In this document: piece after piece, positions 12,325 to 22,717 of the stretch
How the letters are laid out: every line of letters starts with the position of its first letter
Position numbering within the stretch: position 1 is the stretch's first letter
NCBI GenBank assembly: GCA_019828565.1
Contig: JAHDYR010000055.1
Coordinates: forward strand, 47,964 to 104,194
From: Carpediemonas membranifera BICM
Lineage: Eukaryota; Protista; Fornicata
DNA length: 56,231 bases
Reading direction: 5' to 3'
Translations under genes and position numbers: made by a program
Notes under the pieces: model-generated
The model's database searches: none
What the model was told of the DNA's origin: nothing
What the model saw: the letters and a program-made list of their open reading frames with translations, nothing else

Positions 12325-13329
12325 ATGACGCATTCATTCTCGACTTCATGCGTCATAATTGTATTGATTCTCATGGCCTATGGGATTGAGACGCGAATAC
12401 GTTTTGGTCTTATGATGGACCAAGGGGCCTCCGAGAAAGATATAATGAAGCAACTCGGCATAATAAGCCGGTCAACAGTCACACGTTGGAAACGGTTGTA
12501 CTATACGCACCAAGGAACGATCAAGAAGCGGAAGCGGGAACACAAATCGACTATGAAGCACGACAAGTTGATAATGCGAGCTGTTGCTAGGTGCGAGGAT
12601 AAAGACAGACAGTTCACTGCTGCTGATCTTCGAGGCATCCTAGCAGGCTGGGTAGAAGACCCTCCCTCCGTATCTCACCTCCGCCGCTGGCTCAAAAAGC
12701 ACCGCTACAACTACAAGCTGGGCCTCAAGATGTGGTATGAGAGCGACCCCACACGTATCGGTGAGTTCTGGGCCGAGTACGCCACGGTAATCCGCCCTCA
12801 GCACGCGTTCAAAGATCTTGTCTTCTTAGACGAGACCTCCTTCGACCCCCATCAGGCACGAACCAAGGGGTGGATGGCCGTGGGCGACTCGGTGAGCAGG
12901 GCCAGCGGGAAAGTTGTGGGCAAGCGCGTTTCAGTATGCGCCCTCCTCGGCGTAAATGGGATCATAGACCGGGCTATCACCGAGGGAACGTACAACGCAG
13001 ACGACTTCTTTACTGTTCTACGTCGCTTCTTAGAGCGTATCCGCGGTCAGCACAAGGTCATGGTGCTCGATAACGCACGGAGTCATAAGACGGGACGCGC
13101 TGAGCTGTATGAGCCACTGAGCAAGGAGTACGGAGTAACCTTCTTCTTTCTACCTGGCTATGCTCCTTTTTTGAACCCCATTGAGACAGTGTTTGCCTGT
13201 GTGAAGAGAGAAGTGATCAAAAACCGTGGCAGGAAGGAAGATGCCCTGCCATACATCACCGAAGCCTTCGATAGCGTGTCAGAACTTGTCAACTTGCCCG
13301 CATTGTTCCGTAAAGTGGGGTATTGGTAA
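12325..13329 (+). CDS. IS630/Tc1-like DD37E transposase (probable start 12373)
   Basis: HTH (ISRSTVTRW), VFLDETS, VLDNARSH, LPGYAPFLNPIE; 37 residues between the second D and the E. Confidence 0.93.
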   Translation: MTHSFSTSCVIIVLILMAYGIETRIRFGLMMDQGASEKDIMKQLGIISRSTVTRWKRLYYTHQGTIKKRKREHKSTMKHDKLIMRAVARCEDKDRQFTAADLRGILAGWVEDPPSVSHLRRWLKKHRYNYKLGLKMWYESDPTRIGEFWAEYATVIRPQHAFKDLVFLDETSFDPHQARTKGWMAVGDSVSRASGKVVGKRVSVCALLGVNGIIDRAITEGTYNADDFFTVLRRFLERIRGQHKVMVLDNARSHKTGRAELYEPLSKEYGVTFFFLPGYAPFLNPIETVFACVKREVIKNRGRKEDALPYITEAFDSVSELVNLPALFRKVGYW

Positions 13330-13421
13330 ACGTGCAGTTTATGTCATCACCTCCAAGGCGCCATACACGGACCATGGGCAACACTGAGGATAATAAACGA
13401 TCAAGAGGTGCAACCAAAGGT

Positions 13422-13892
13422 TTATTCTTCCACGTCGTCTTCCTCTGTACCGTCCAACCCAGACGCATCCAGCGCCTGAGATGCTGAGACAGTACTGACG
13501 CGACCAGCTGCCAGGCGCCTGTTGTGTAGCCACGTATAGAGATCAGCTACTGCTTCAGTAGGCACAGGAACATGCACGAAGCTTGCGTCGACTGGAAGAG
13601 CCGGTGGTGATGATACAGAGATGAAGGACCCGGATGACTGGGATGATGAACGGCTGTATTCGCGATGCGAAAGGCCCATTGGAATCTCAGTCATATCTGC
13701 CTTGTCGAGGATAACTTGAACCGCCCATGAAGCGATTCTCTCAACCGGAAGGCGCTTCGCTGTCCCATTCGCCGTCAGTATGTCTCGCATTGTCCCCAAA
13801 ATGCTACACCCACCATCTAGCTTGTTTTTAAGGGTAACAAGCGGGCAGGTTCCGGCGTGATGGCCTGTTGCGCGGCATATAGTACAAGGCAT
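13422..13892 (-). CDS. CCHC zinc-knuckle protein, second ORF of the Tc1-like element
   Basis: MPCTICRATGHHAGTCP = CX2CX4HX4C; acidic tail; lies wholly inside the TIRs. Confidence 0.7.
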   Translation of the reverse strand: MPCTICRATGHHAGTCPLVTLKNKLDGGCSILGTMRDILTANGTAKRLPVERIASWAVQVILDKADMTEIPMGLSHREYSRSSSQSSGSFISVSSPPALPVDASFVHVPVPTEAVADLYTWLHNRRLAAGRVSTVSASQALDASGLDGTEEDDVEE

Positions 13893-14057
13893 TCCAACTT
13901 TCCTTTGAATGAATCAAAAATCCTTTTGGAATGCGTCATTTAGTTTGGTTCTCACAATAATAGTCAAGGAGTTTCTCCTCGACACCCTTGTGTCGAGTCT
14001 TCTCCTCAGTAAAAGTTCAACACCCATTGAACCACAGTACTAGTACTACCAAAACAT

Positions 14058-17000
14058 ATGGGTACGGAAACTTACAGAAGCCTGAAGAAGAATCCGCCTC
14101 TCCTGAAGAAGTCCTCCATGGACGCTCTTTTGGACTTTGCGGATAACCTCCACGATCATCGCGCCTTAGGCGGCCGCGATGATGTTATTGACCTCATCGA
14201 GCCTAGCATAGCAGAGCTAGCAGGCCTTAACGACGACGAAGAGGTTGAAGACACTCCTCTCCTGCTCTCCGCGAAGCTCCGTAAGAAACGTCGTGTCGCA
14301 GCCCAAGATGAACGAGTCCTCAAGCGCCTCGGTGCTGCCCTTCGACCTTCTCGCCCGAGCATGCGTCTACAGCTCTTCCGAGTCCCCGCCAAGTCCTTCG
14401 AGCCTGATGAGGTTGCTCGAGTGAACCGCCGATTCAATCTGCTCTTGAAGCTCGTTCAACCCGAAGATCCCGAGGACGTCTTGAAGGAGACGTACAGCCG
14501 CTGCTTCAAGTTCCCCAACAACAGTCGCATCATGTATCGAGTCAGAGAATCAACGGAGCGCAAGGATCTCAAGGACGCAATGGCTGATGTCCTCGTCATG
14601 TCACGCGACCTCAAGGAGTCCAAGGAGATGATCGCTTCCTTCGGCGCTGCGGGGGTCTCCGACTCACAGCGTACCAACACCACGCCCTCCCATACACGGC
14701 ACACGGGGAGCGGTCCGAAGAACCCTCATCGACGCGAGCCTGACCGCACGAACGTAGCCCCCTCAAAAGGCAAGCCGATCGACAAGCCCAAGCACGAGAA
14801 GAAGCCATTCGTGTGCTTCAACTGCGGTAAGGTCGGTCACTCCGCTCGCCGATGCCCTGCTCCGAAGACAACCTGTTCCAAGTGCCAGAAGCCGGGCCAC
14901 CGAGCTGAATTCTGCCGTTCTGAGGTAAATTCAGCTCGTTGTGTGTTTTCTCTCGGTTCCCGTCAGAGTGTCCTCCCCTCCGTCAAGGCTAGCATTCTTA
15001 AGCAAGTCGTGTCCGTCCTGTTCGACTCGGGCGCTGACTGCGCAACCATTGACCCCAAGCTCTGCCACGGCAAGGCAGTGAAGTGGATCTCACACGAGAA
15101 GACACTTATCGAGACAGTGGGCGGCGTCAGAGAGGCCGATGGTCAGGTATCCTTCCGCCTCGTCTTAGCGCCCTCGCCATTCACTCCGCGCGGATGCTCT
15201 ATCACTATTAAGGCCTACGTCCTGTCGACCGCTTTCGATGTATGCCTGGGTTACCCTCAGATGGTGGAGATCGGCCTTCTCCCTTCGTTGTCTGAGCCTA
15301 CCAGCGAGCTCGCAGCCAGCGACGAACCACCTACATTCGAGAAGTACGTCGCGCAAGCCAGAGCCATGTCCTCTTCCTTTTCTCAGAGGCAGGCCGACAT
15401 CCTCAAGCGTTACGCCCGGACATTCGTGGACCGTACCGAGCCAAGCCGGCTCGAACCGTATGATTTGGTCCTCAAGGGCGACAGAGTCGTACACATTCGG
15501 CCGTACTATGTTCCCCCGCCGAAAGTCCCGATCATTCAAGAGCACATTAATACGCTCCTGGCAAAGCGCTACATCGAGGCATGCCAGTCTCAATACGCGA
15601 GCCCTACCATCATAGTCCCAAAGAAGGGGGAAAGACGCGTTTTGTCGTCGACTTCCGCGAGATCAATCAACTAACGGAACCATTCGACTACCCCATCCCT
15701 CGCATAGACGAAGTTCTCACTCAACTGTCCGGAAAGTCTGTGTTCGCTACCCTAGACTTGTCAGCAGGATACCATCAGATCCCTCTTACTGAACGGTGCC
15801 GTCACCTAACCGCCTTCCGTACTGTTTTTGGTCAATACCAATATACACGGATGCCCTTCGGCTTACGTAACGCCGGAGCGTACTTCCAGAGGGCGATGGA
15901 AGACGGGTTCAAGGGTCTGGTGGGCTCCGCCTGTGTCATATACATTGATGACATCATCGTCATGGGTGCGGATGAGGACGAGTACCTGGGAAACCTCGAA
16001 AAAGTCATGCAACGCGTTGACAAGCTTAACCTTCAGCTCGGCCGAGATAAGTGCCAGTTCGGTCGGCAAGAGGTCGAGTTCCTCGGGTGGATCATATCCC
16101 AAGGCAGCGTGAAGATCTCACCCCAGCGGACCGAAGATATCGCGAACCTCAAGCTGTCTTCATCCACGAAGGGCATGCAGGGTCTCAACGGATTCCTCAA
16201 CTATTTCCGCGATTACATACCCAACTTCGCGGTCCGAGCTAAGCCTCTGCTAGACGCCATGTCCGGTCGGCAGACCCCCTCGAGACGTTCTTCAGAAGTC
16301 GCTGGACGATCTGAAACAAGCTTTATATTCGGCCGACGCTCTAGCCATGTTCGACGCGACTAAGCCTCACACTGTCATGACTGACGCATCCGATGTCGGG
16401 TACGGAGCAGTCTTACTCCAAGAGGGCCGACCAGTTTGCTATATGTCGCGTGCGTTCAACGACGTCCAGTCACGCTGGTGTACCGGTGAGAAAGAAGCCT
16501 ACGCTATCGTGGCAGCGTTACAACGATGGCGCAAGTTCCTGTGCTGGGAGAGCTTTACTATTCTCACGGATCACCGGAACCTACTCTATATGTACCGGTC
16601 CACCAACGCCAAGGTCCGCCGGTGGGCTGATTCGATCGCCGATTTAGATTTCACCCTACAGCACATCGCCGGTCTGGACAACGGTGGAGCCGACGGTCTC
16701 TCGAGAGTATTCTCCATGCAACAGGCGTCGAGGGATCAGGTATCCCGCGCTCATCTCACAGCAGGAGCTCATCTGTCTCGCCGGATGACAACCGAGCAAC
16801 TTAGGGCCGACGGTTTGTCTGTCTCCCGTCAAGTCGTAGACGACGTGATTACCGCGTGTCCAGAGTGCCAAGTCTTGGCCCGCCCTCCTGTTGATACGCC
16901 CGACGGCCTGCATACAGCTGTAGACCTCCCGTTCCGGCGTGTGGCCATTGACACCATGGGTCCGCTACCGACGGTCAACGGCCTGTCCTACGTGACAGTA

Positions 17001-17993
17001 ATGATCGACATGTGCTCCCGCTGGACAGAGCTAGTCCCGGTCAACAGCACCTCAGCCAAAGACGCAGCCAACGCATTGGTCAACACCTGGATTCTACGAT
17101 ACGGATGCCCCGAAGTCGTCCAATCGGATGGGGGCTCAGAGTTCAAAAACGCTCTGTTCAAACGCCTCTCCGAAGAGATGGGGTTCGACGTCCACATAAC
17201 GACAGCATACCATCCCCAGAGCAACGGTGTCGTCGAACGCGCGAACAAGGAGGTCGAACGCATCCTCAGAGCCAGGAAGCTGGAGTTAAGGAATAACGAT
17301 TGGGTAGCACACCTACCAGTCGCCCAATTCTTGGTCAACTCAATGCCCAGGATCCCGACCCGGTTGACTCCGGCCGAGATCATGTTTGGCGCCAATTTAT
17401 CAATACCGTCATCGATCTATATCACGGATGCCGCCTCGGCTGGTCCGCCACAGTCGAAGCTAGCCGCAGCCGATGCCGCCATCCAACTCGCCAAAGCAAG
17501 GATTAGAGCCATGCGCGAAGACGCTCTCGCAAAGGCAACCTCATCGAGAAGCGAGATATTGAGCCGTTTCGTGCTGGTCAAATACTACCCAAGACCACCG
17601 AGCAAGCTAGCCCCGGGCTGGCGCGGCCCCATGAGGCGTGTCGCAGCCGTCAAACGTGATGGTGTTGTCGTCGCATATGAGGTCCAAGACCTCAGTCAGT
17701 CAGCGGACGGTCCAACTATCAAGGTAGACGCGGCACGTGTGCGAAGATTTGACCCAGGCAAGCTCTCGGAGCAACAGATCTATGACCTCGCAGCCGCTTC
17801 CGTCGATGAGTGGCATGTCGAGCGCATCTCACGCTCTAGAGGCTCGGGCCCCAAGTCAAGGCGCGAGTACCTCGTACACTGGGTCGGATTCGAGGATTCA
17901 GAGGCTTCATTCGAACCTTATTCGCACGTCAAAGATTTGGAAGCCCTCGATACATATTTGAAGTCTGACCAAGCCAAGCGTGACGGTCTGTAA
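14058..17993 (+). CDS. Gypsy-2a gag-pol (frameshifts near 15628 and 16275)
   Basis: 2 CCHC knuckles, LFDSGA, YIDD, TDASD, integrase HHCC/DDE (AIDT, QSDGG, VVERAN), GP motif, chromodomain WHVERI..YLVHWVGFEDSEASFEP. Confidence 0.93.
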
Positions 17994-18035
17994 AACTTCT
18001 CAACATCGAAGCTGTATCCTCGAGGAACAAACGAT

Positions 18036-19121
18036 TTATTCAGAGCTAGATTCCTCGTCTTCCGTCTCCTCCGTGTCCGTCAGCTCGACCAACCAAGTCG
18101 GGTCAGCGTGGCGCTCAAGGGCGTTCTCAGCCAAGTACTCTCGCACACACCGGACAAGGCAGAGATCAGCGTTGAGGGACACGATGCTGAGTCCCGAGTA
18201 TCCGTCATACTGCAGGATCAACATAAAAGACCCGGGACCACAAGTCGTCTTCAGATACTCGTGACGGACTACGCACGTGACAGTGTAGTAGCGGTCCGGA
18301 TCAGAGACCTGAAGCGGCTCCCCAGTGAGCCTCATCGCCAATGGCGGGCAGGTAGCCGTCGTGGCACAAGCGGCTGACCAGGGTTGCCCAGAAGTCGTTG
18401 GGAGCCGGGATGCGCCGGCTGATGCCGTAGACAGCGACACGGAAGTAGTCCGGTGCGAGGACGAGGACCAACAGGCGGTTAAGATATCCGCGCGCTGTAG
18501 TGTCCGACTTGACCCCGCCGGCAGTCCGCACAGCCGCCACGAGAGCTGCAGAGTAGTGACCATTACCGGGTGAAGACCCACCCAGCGTGATGTCGCGGCC
18601 CCGGATCGCGGCCGACACGATGTCGCCATCGGTCAAGCGCTTCCTGCCGAGCTTGAGGTGGGCCCTCACACCGGCAAGCGCGACCTGGCAGTGAGCCACG
18701 AGAGCCAAGACCTGCTGGGTCAGCTTCACGTCCTGCACTACGGCTGCGTCGTTCAGACGACCTTGCTCAATAGCGTCAAAGATTCGCTGGAGCGGCAGCT
18801 CGATGGAGTTGGTGTAACCTTCCAGGCGTCGGGCAACCTCGGCCTTGATGTCGTGGGGCATCAGAGTCGTCATCGTCAGGGTGCGAGTGATGCGTTCTGA
18901 GGCTTGCACGCGGTGACTATATAACCTCACGGTTGATGTTTGTTACTTACAGATTGTCGGTGACCATGCGCTTGCGTCCACGATACTTCTGAGCGCGAAG
19001 GGAACGACAAACGGACGTATGGGCAACAATAAGTGGCCTAGCCAGATCGTCATCACCAAGTTCGGTGATTTTTGGCACGAATTTCCTTCAGAACGGCCTC
19101 TACGGCTGTGTTGTCCGACAT
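18036..19121 (-). CDS. Antisense accessory gene of Gypsy-2a (about 349 aa consensus; predicted intron 18917-18950; two homopolymer indels in this copy)
   Basis: MSDNTAVEAVL.. exon joins HRVQASER.. in frame via a GTAAGT...TATAG intron; C-terminal YTVTCVVRH..LILQYDGY..VREYL. Confidence 0.75.
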
Positions 19122-19737
19122 CAAATGAGTTGACGGCGACATATCCTGCACATTTCTCGGAAACGGTCGAAGGAACAACTAACAAGGTCATCTTAGTCTT
19201 CAAGCATGCATTTATTGTCGGTAATAAGGCATTAGGAGCTTCCTAGTGCTCCTTCCGGTCAGTTTGATGTTGTTATTCAAGTACAGTTGGACGCAGAAAA
19301 TTAGAAGCCTCAGAACTCCTCAACGGAGCCGAATTGGAGCTTCTAAGTACGTTTTTCGGCGTCTGTGTGATTATGAGCGATAAGGGCTCAGCATTGGCAG
19401 TGTTTGCTAGAGCAATCGTTCTTGGCCTTCGAATTACATGGAATGGCATATAACACGTATAAGGTTTGTGAAGACGGCCTAGGAAGGCCGTGGAGGGGCA
19501 GTGGTAAGCCTCTCCGTCACGTTTCACCATTTTTGAAACAGAGCTCACATAGCGGTACCGCAGTTAGATCATGATACCATCATTTTGATTTCGTTCAGCT
19601 AGATGCGAAAGCACTCAGGCCATGGGGTTGCCAGCCCTATGAGTCACCGTTGGCGGTCGGGTGGCACCGTCCAGGCCTTTGGTGAAATGCTGACGTCAAG
19701 TCTCTCTGTCATGCCTATACCAGGCATGGAGGGGCAG

Positions 19738-19859
19738 TGTTGTGGGTCCTACCCAAAGTTACACAGATTTACGTTATATTTAATAGTCAAGGAGTTTCTC
19801 CTCGACACCCTTGTGTCGAGTCTTCTCCTCAGTAAAAGTTCAACACCCATTGAACCACA
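19738..19859 (+). repeat. Gypsy-2a 3' LTR
   Basis: TGTTGTGG...GAACCACA, same sequence as the other Gypsy-2 LTRs. Confidence 0.95.
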
Positions 19860-19919
19860 GCGGAAACACGTCCATTCCCGAGCATCAACAAGACGTGGCG
19901 GCTCTGGAAGGCATTAGGC

Positions 19920-21779
19920 GTGCCATCAGAAGTGGTCACGTGGTTGCGCGACGGCGTACCAATCTCCCTGTTCAGCAGACCGCGGCATCCGAGCCTCCCA
20001 CCAGTGCGGTCGCAGGACAGGAAAGAATTCCGTCGCCATCTACAGACGCTCCTCCACCTCGGAGCAGCAGTGCCGATGCGATCACCGACGCTCGTCTCTC
20101 CGATTTTCACCATCCCGAAGTCCCTCGCCGAGACGAGACTGATTCACGACCTCAGGTCGCTGAATGCTGTTTCCTCCGAGAACAGGACGTTCAGATTGCA
20201 CGGGATCAAGAGGGCGCTCGCGACGATTCGCCCGGGCGACTGGCTCACCAGATTAGACTTAACCAAGGGTTATTATCAGGTTGGGGTCCGCCCCGCCGAC
20301 AGGACTCTCCTAGGCTTCATTGTGGACGGCAGGCCGTATGCGTTTCGAGTCCTCCCATTCGGCTGGAAAGCTGCGCCATTTCACTTCCAACGGATAATGC
20401 TAGAAGCGGGCGCAGTCGTGGCCAGGAGGTTTCCGGGGGTGAACATAACCATTTATCTGGACGACTGGCTCTTTTCGGGCCGCAAAGAGATCCTGACGGA
20501 GGCAATGCCGAAGATCATCCGCCTCTTGACGGATATGGGCCTGGTAATCAACATACAGAAGTCCCAGCTCATTCCTACGCAGTCCACGACGTTCCTTGGC
20601 TTCGTGATCGATTCACTCCGCGAGGGGCTGAAGCTAGACGAGAGCAAGCGTCTGAAGTACCTATCGAGGGTGATAGAAGCCCTGGCATCCGGGCTAACGG
20701 AGCACTCGGCTGCCAGGCTCCTGGGGAACCTCAGCTTCGCGTCGTTGATCTGGCCAGACGGCGTGGCCCAGCTGAGGCCGCTTCAACGCGCTGCCCAGTC
20801 ACTCAAGCACAAGTACCGAACTCGGATCCACGGCGATGCTCGGGACGCACTGATAGCGTGGAAGACCCGCTTGGAAAGACCTTCTCCTACGAGATCAACC
20901 AGGGAGCTGCTCCATCTCTGGGGTATGTCGCAACAGCTCGAGGTTACAGTCATGACAGATGCCTCGCTGAGCGGTTTAGGGGGCATAATTCGAGTTCCGG
21001 GCCGATCACCGATCCATTTTGCAGAGCCAGCGCCCCAAGGCGAGCACATAACGCTGTTAGAGTTCAGGGCCATCAACGCAGCCCTGGAACGCGTAATGCA
21101 GAACCACCAAGCAGGCTCCTTCGAGTTGACGGTCTACTGCGACAGCAGGGCTGCGGTAGCTTGGCTGAACCGCCAAGGATCCACCAAAGCGCCGCCAGTC
21201 GTGGACGAGATCCTCAGAGAGTTACTACCGAGGCTCTCCGAGCGGCGTATTTCGGTCAGAGCGGTGCACTCGGCAGGACATCTGAACGTCCTCGCCGACT
21301 CCCTGTCCAGGAACGATCGGGAGCTCACATCGGTGGAGAGGATCATCGGCCGCACCATAGAGGCCTGGGGGCCGCTGGAGAAGGATGCCTGGCCCCTAGA
21401 GCTCTTCGGGGCCAAGGCCCTGATGACCCCGGCAGAGATGCTGGACCGAACATGGTCGGACGGACGGTGGTTCGCAGCGATACCCTTTGGCATGCTGACA
21501 CATGTCTACGCCAAGGTCTCTCGCCTAGTGAGCAAGACTCCGCTGACCGACCCGAGGAAGTGCAGGTTAGCGATCATACTTCTCGTCTCCGATGCAAGAT
21601 CACCAACGGCGATGTCTCTGCGTCATCTAACGCAACATCGCCTTTACTTCAGGATTCACAGCAACAACGGCGTGGACTTTTCCGAAATAACGCCTCTTCA
21701 AGCCGACAAGACATTCCGACTTGTCGCGCTATTCATTCCCCTGCAATCTTTGAAGGAGCGCTCAGAAGTCCAATGCTAG
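19920..21779 (+). CDS. Reverse transcriptase-RNase H of YR element C (frame extends upstream across the insertion)
   Basis: RLIHDLR, LDLTKGYYQ, LPFGW, YLDD, TDASLSGLGG, ITLLE, CDS, HSAGHLNVLADSLSR. Confidence 0.93.
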   Translation: MPSEVVTWLRDGVPISLFSRPRHPSLPPVRSQDRKEFRRHLQTLLHLGAAVPMRSPTLVSPIFTIPKSLAETRLIHDLRSLNAVSSENRTFRLHGIKRALATIRPGDWLTRLDLTKGYYQVGVRPADRTLLGFIVDGRPYAFRVLPFGWKAAPFHFQRIMLEAGAVVARRFPGVNITIYLDDWLFSGRKEILTEAMPKIIRLLTDMGLVINIQKSQLIPTQSTTFLGFVIDSLREGLKLDESKRLKYLSRVIEALASGLTEHSAARLLGNLSFASLIWPDGVAQLRPLQRAAQSLKHKYRTRIHGDARDALIAWKTRLERPSPTRSTRELLHLWGMSQQLEVTVMTDASLSGLGGIIRVPGRSPIHFAEPAPQGEHITLLEFRAINAALERVMQNHQAGSFELTVYCDSRAAVAWLNRQGSTKAPPVVDEILRELLPRLSERRISVRAVHSAGHLNVLADSLSRNDRELTSVERIIGRTIEAWGPLEKDAWPLELFGAKALMTPAEMLDRTWSDGRWFAAIPFGMLTHVYAKVSRLVSKTPLTDPRKCRLAIILLVSDARSPTAMSLRHLTQHRLYFRIHSNNGVDFSEITPLQADKTFRLVALFIPLQSLKERSEVQC

Positions 21780-22717
21780 AGCAGTACTCAATAGCCTATC
21801 GGCGCCAGATTGCTGGATCACTTGCGCAATTTGCTTCATTCCGAGAGCAACATCCGCTCGCTGATCCTATCGACCTTCTCCGCCTATGGGCTGTATCACA
21901 AGCTTCATTAGTGACTGGAGATACAATCAAGAAGAAGTTTCGAGCCATTGAGATGTTCTTCGAGAGGATCGACACATCCTGGTCGCTCCCGGTGGATGGC
22001 CGCTCGGTGGTCTTCGGCGTCGCAAGAGAGGCTCTTGGTAAGAGGCTCGGGCCAGCAGTCCCTATTAGGGCGCAGATGCTTCTAGATCGCCTCGACAGAC
22101 ACCGGGCTAACATCACCACAGTCGGCTCATGGCGGGAGGCCTTCACGTTCGCAGTGACCGTCTATGCTTCCACGTCGAGGCCGGGCGAGGTCGCATCCCT
22201 CACCATGGGTGACATATCCCCCGACTCAGTCGCAAGAGGTCTCCGCATTCGCATCAGAGGCACTAAGACGAGGCGTGAGAGAGTCGATAAGCTAATACCC
22301 CGGATCGACGGGCCCCTGGACCCTGCTGCATGGCTCTCAGAGCAGGTGGTCTTCCGCATGGACGAGGGCGCTTCGGAGAACGACTCCCTCTGGTCTCTAC
22401 CCTATCAAGAGATCGTGGTGCTGCTCGAGTTGATCTTGTCGAAGCACGTGCGACCGCACGGCCTCAGAAGGGGCAGCGCAGCCGACATGGTGCTGGCTGG
22501 CATCCCGGCAGAGGTAGTCGCGGCAAAGGGGACATGGGCGAACACTTCCTCAATGATCCGCTACATTGAGGATGCCCTCCGGCTAGACTACGAGACATCG
22601 GCGAGGCCGATAAAGGTGGCAGCGAGCAGCCACCTTGGGGGTTGGCACCCCGGGCCCACAGCTGTTGAGGAGCAACTGGCTGGGTCCCGCCGACCTCCTA
22701 TCACTGAGGACCCTTGA
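21773..22717 (+). CDS. Tyrosine recombinase of YR element C (frame open from 19811, overlapping RT)
   Basis: SRPGEVASL, HGLRRG, GTW, MIRY. Confidence 0.9.
   Translation: MLEQYSIAYRRQIAGSLAQFASFREQHPLADPIDLLRLWAVSQASLVTGDTIKKKFRAIEMFFERIDTSWSLPVDGRSVVFGVAREALGKRLGPAVPIRAQMLLDRLDRHRANITTVGSWREAFTFAVTVYASTSRPGEVASLTMGDISPDSVARGLRIRIRGTKTRRERVDKLIPRIDGPLDPAAWLSEQVVFRMDEGASENDSLWSLPYQEIVVLLELILSKHVRPHGLRRGSAADMVLAGIPAEVVAAKGTWANTSSMIRYIEDALRLDYETSARPIKVAASSHLGGWHPGPTAVEEQLAGSRRPPITEDP

Larger units (their letters stand above)
12307..13957 (+). mobile_element. IS630/Tc1-type DNA transposon inserted in the Gypsy-2a 5' LTR
   Basis: TA TSD at 12305-12306 and 13958-13959; imperfect 29-bp TIRs sharing TTGT....TAAATGACGCATTC; removal restores the LTR exactly. 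Confidence 0.95.
12262..19859 (+). mobile_element. Gypsy-2 copy a (chromovirus-like LTR retrotransposon)
   Basis: 122-bp LTRs: 12262-14036 (split by the Tc1 element) and 19738-19859; 4-bp TSD GCGG; PPT GGAGGGGCAG. Confidence 0.96.

Noticed and set aside
15620-15635. Programmed gag-pol frameshift in Gypsy-2a
   Set aside because: Copy b has one more G here and reads through; copy-specific homopolymer indel
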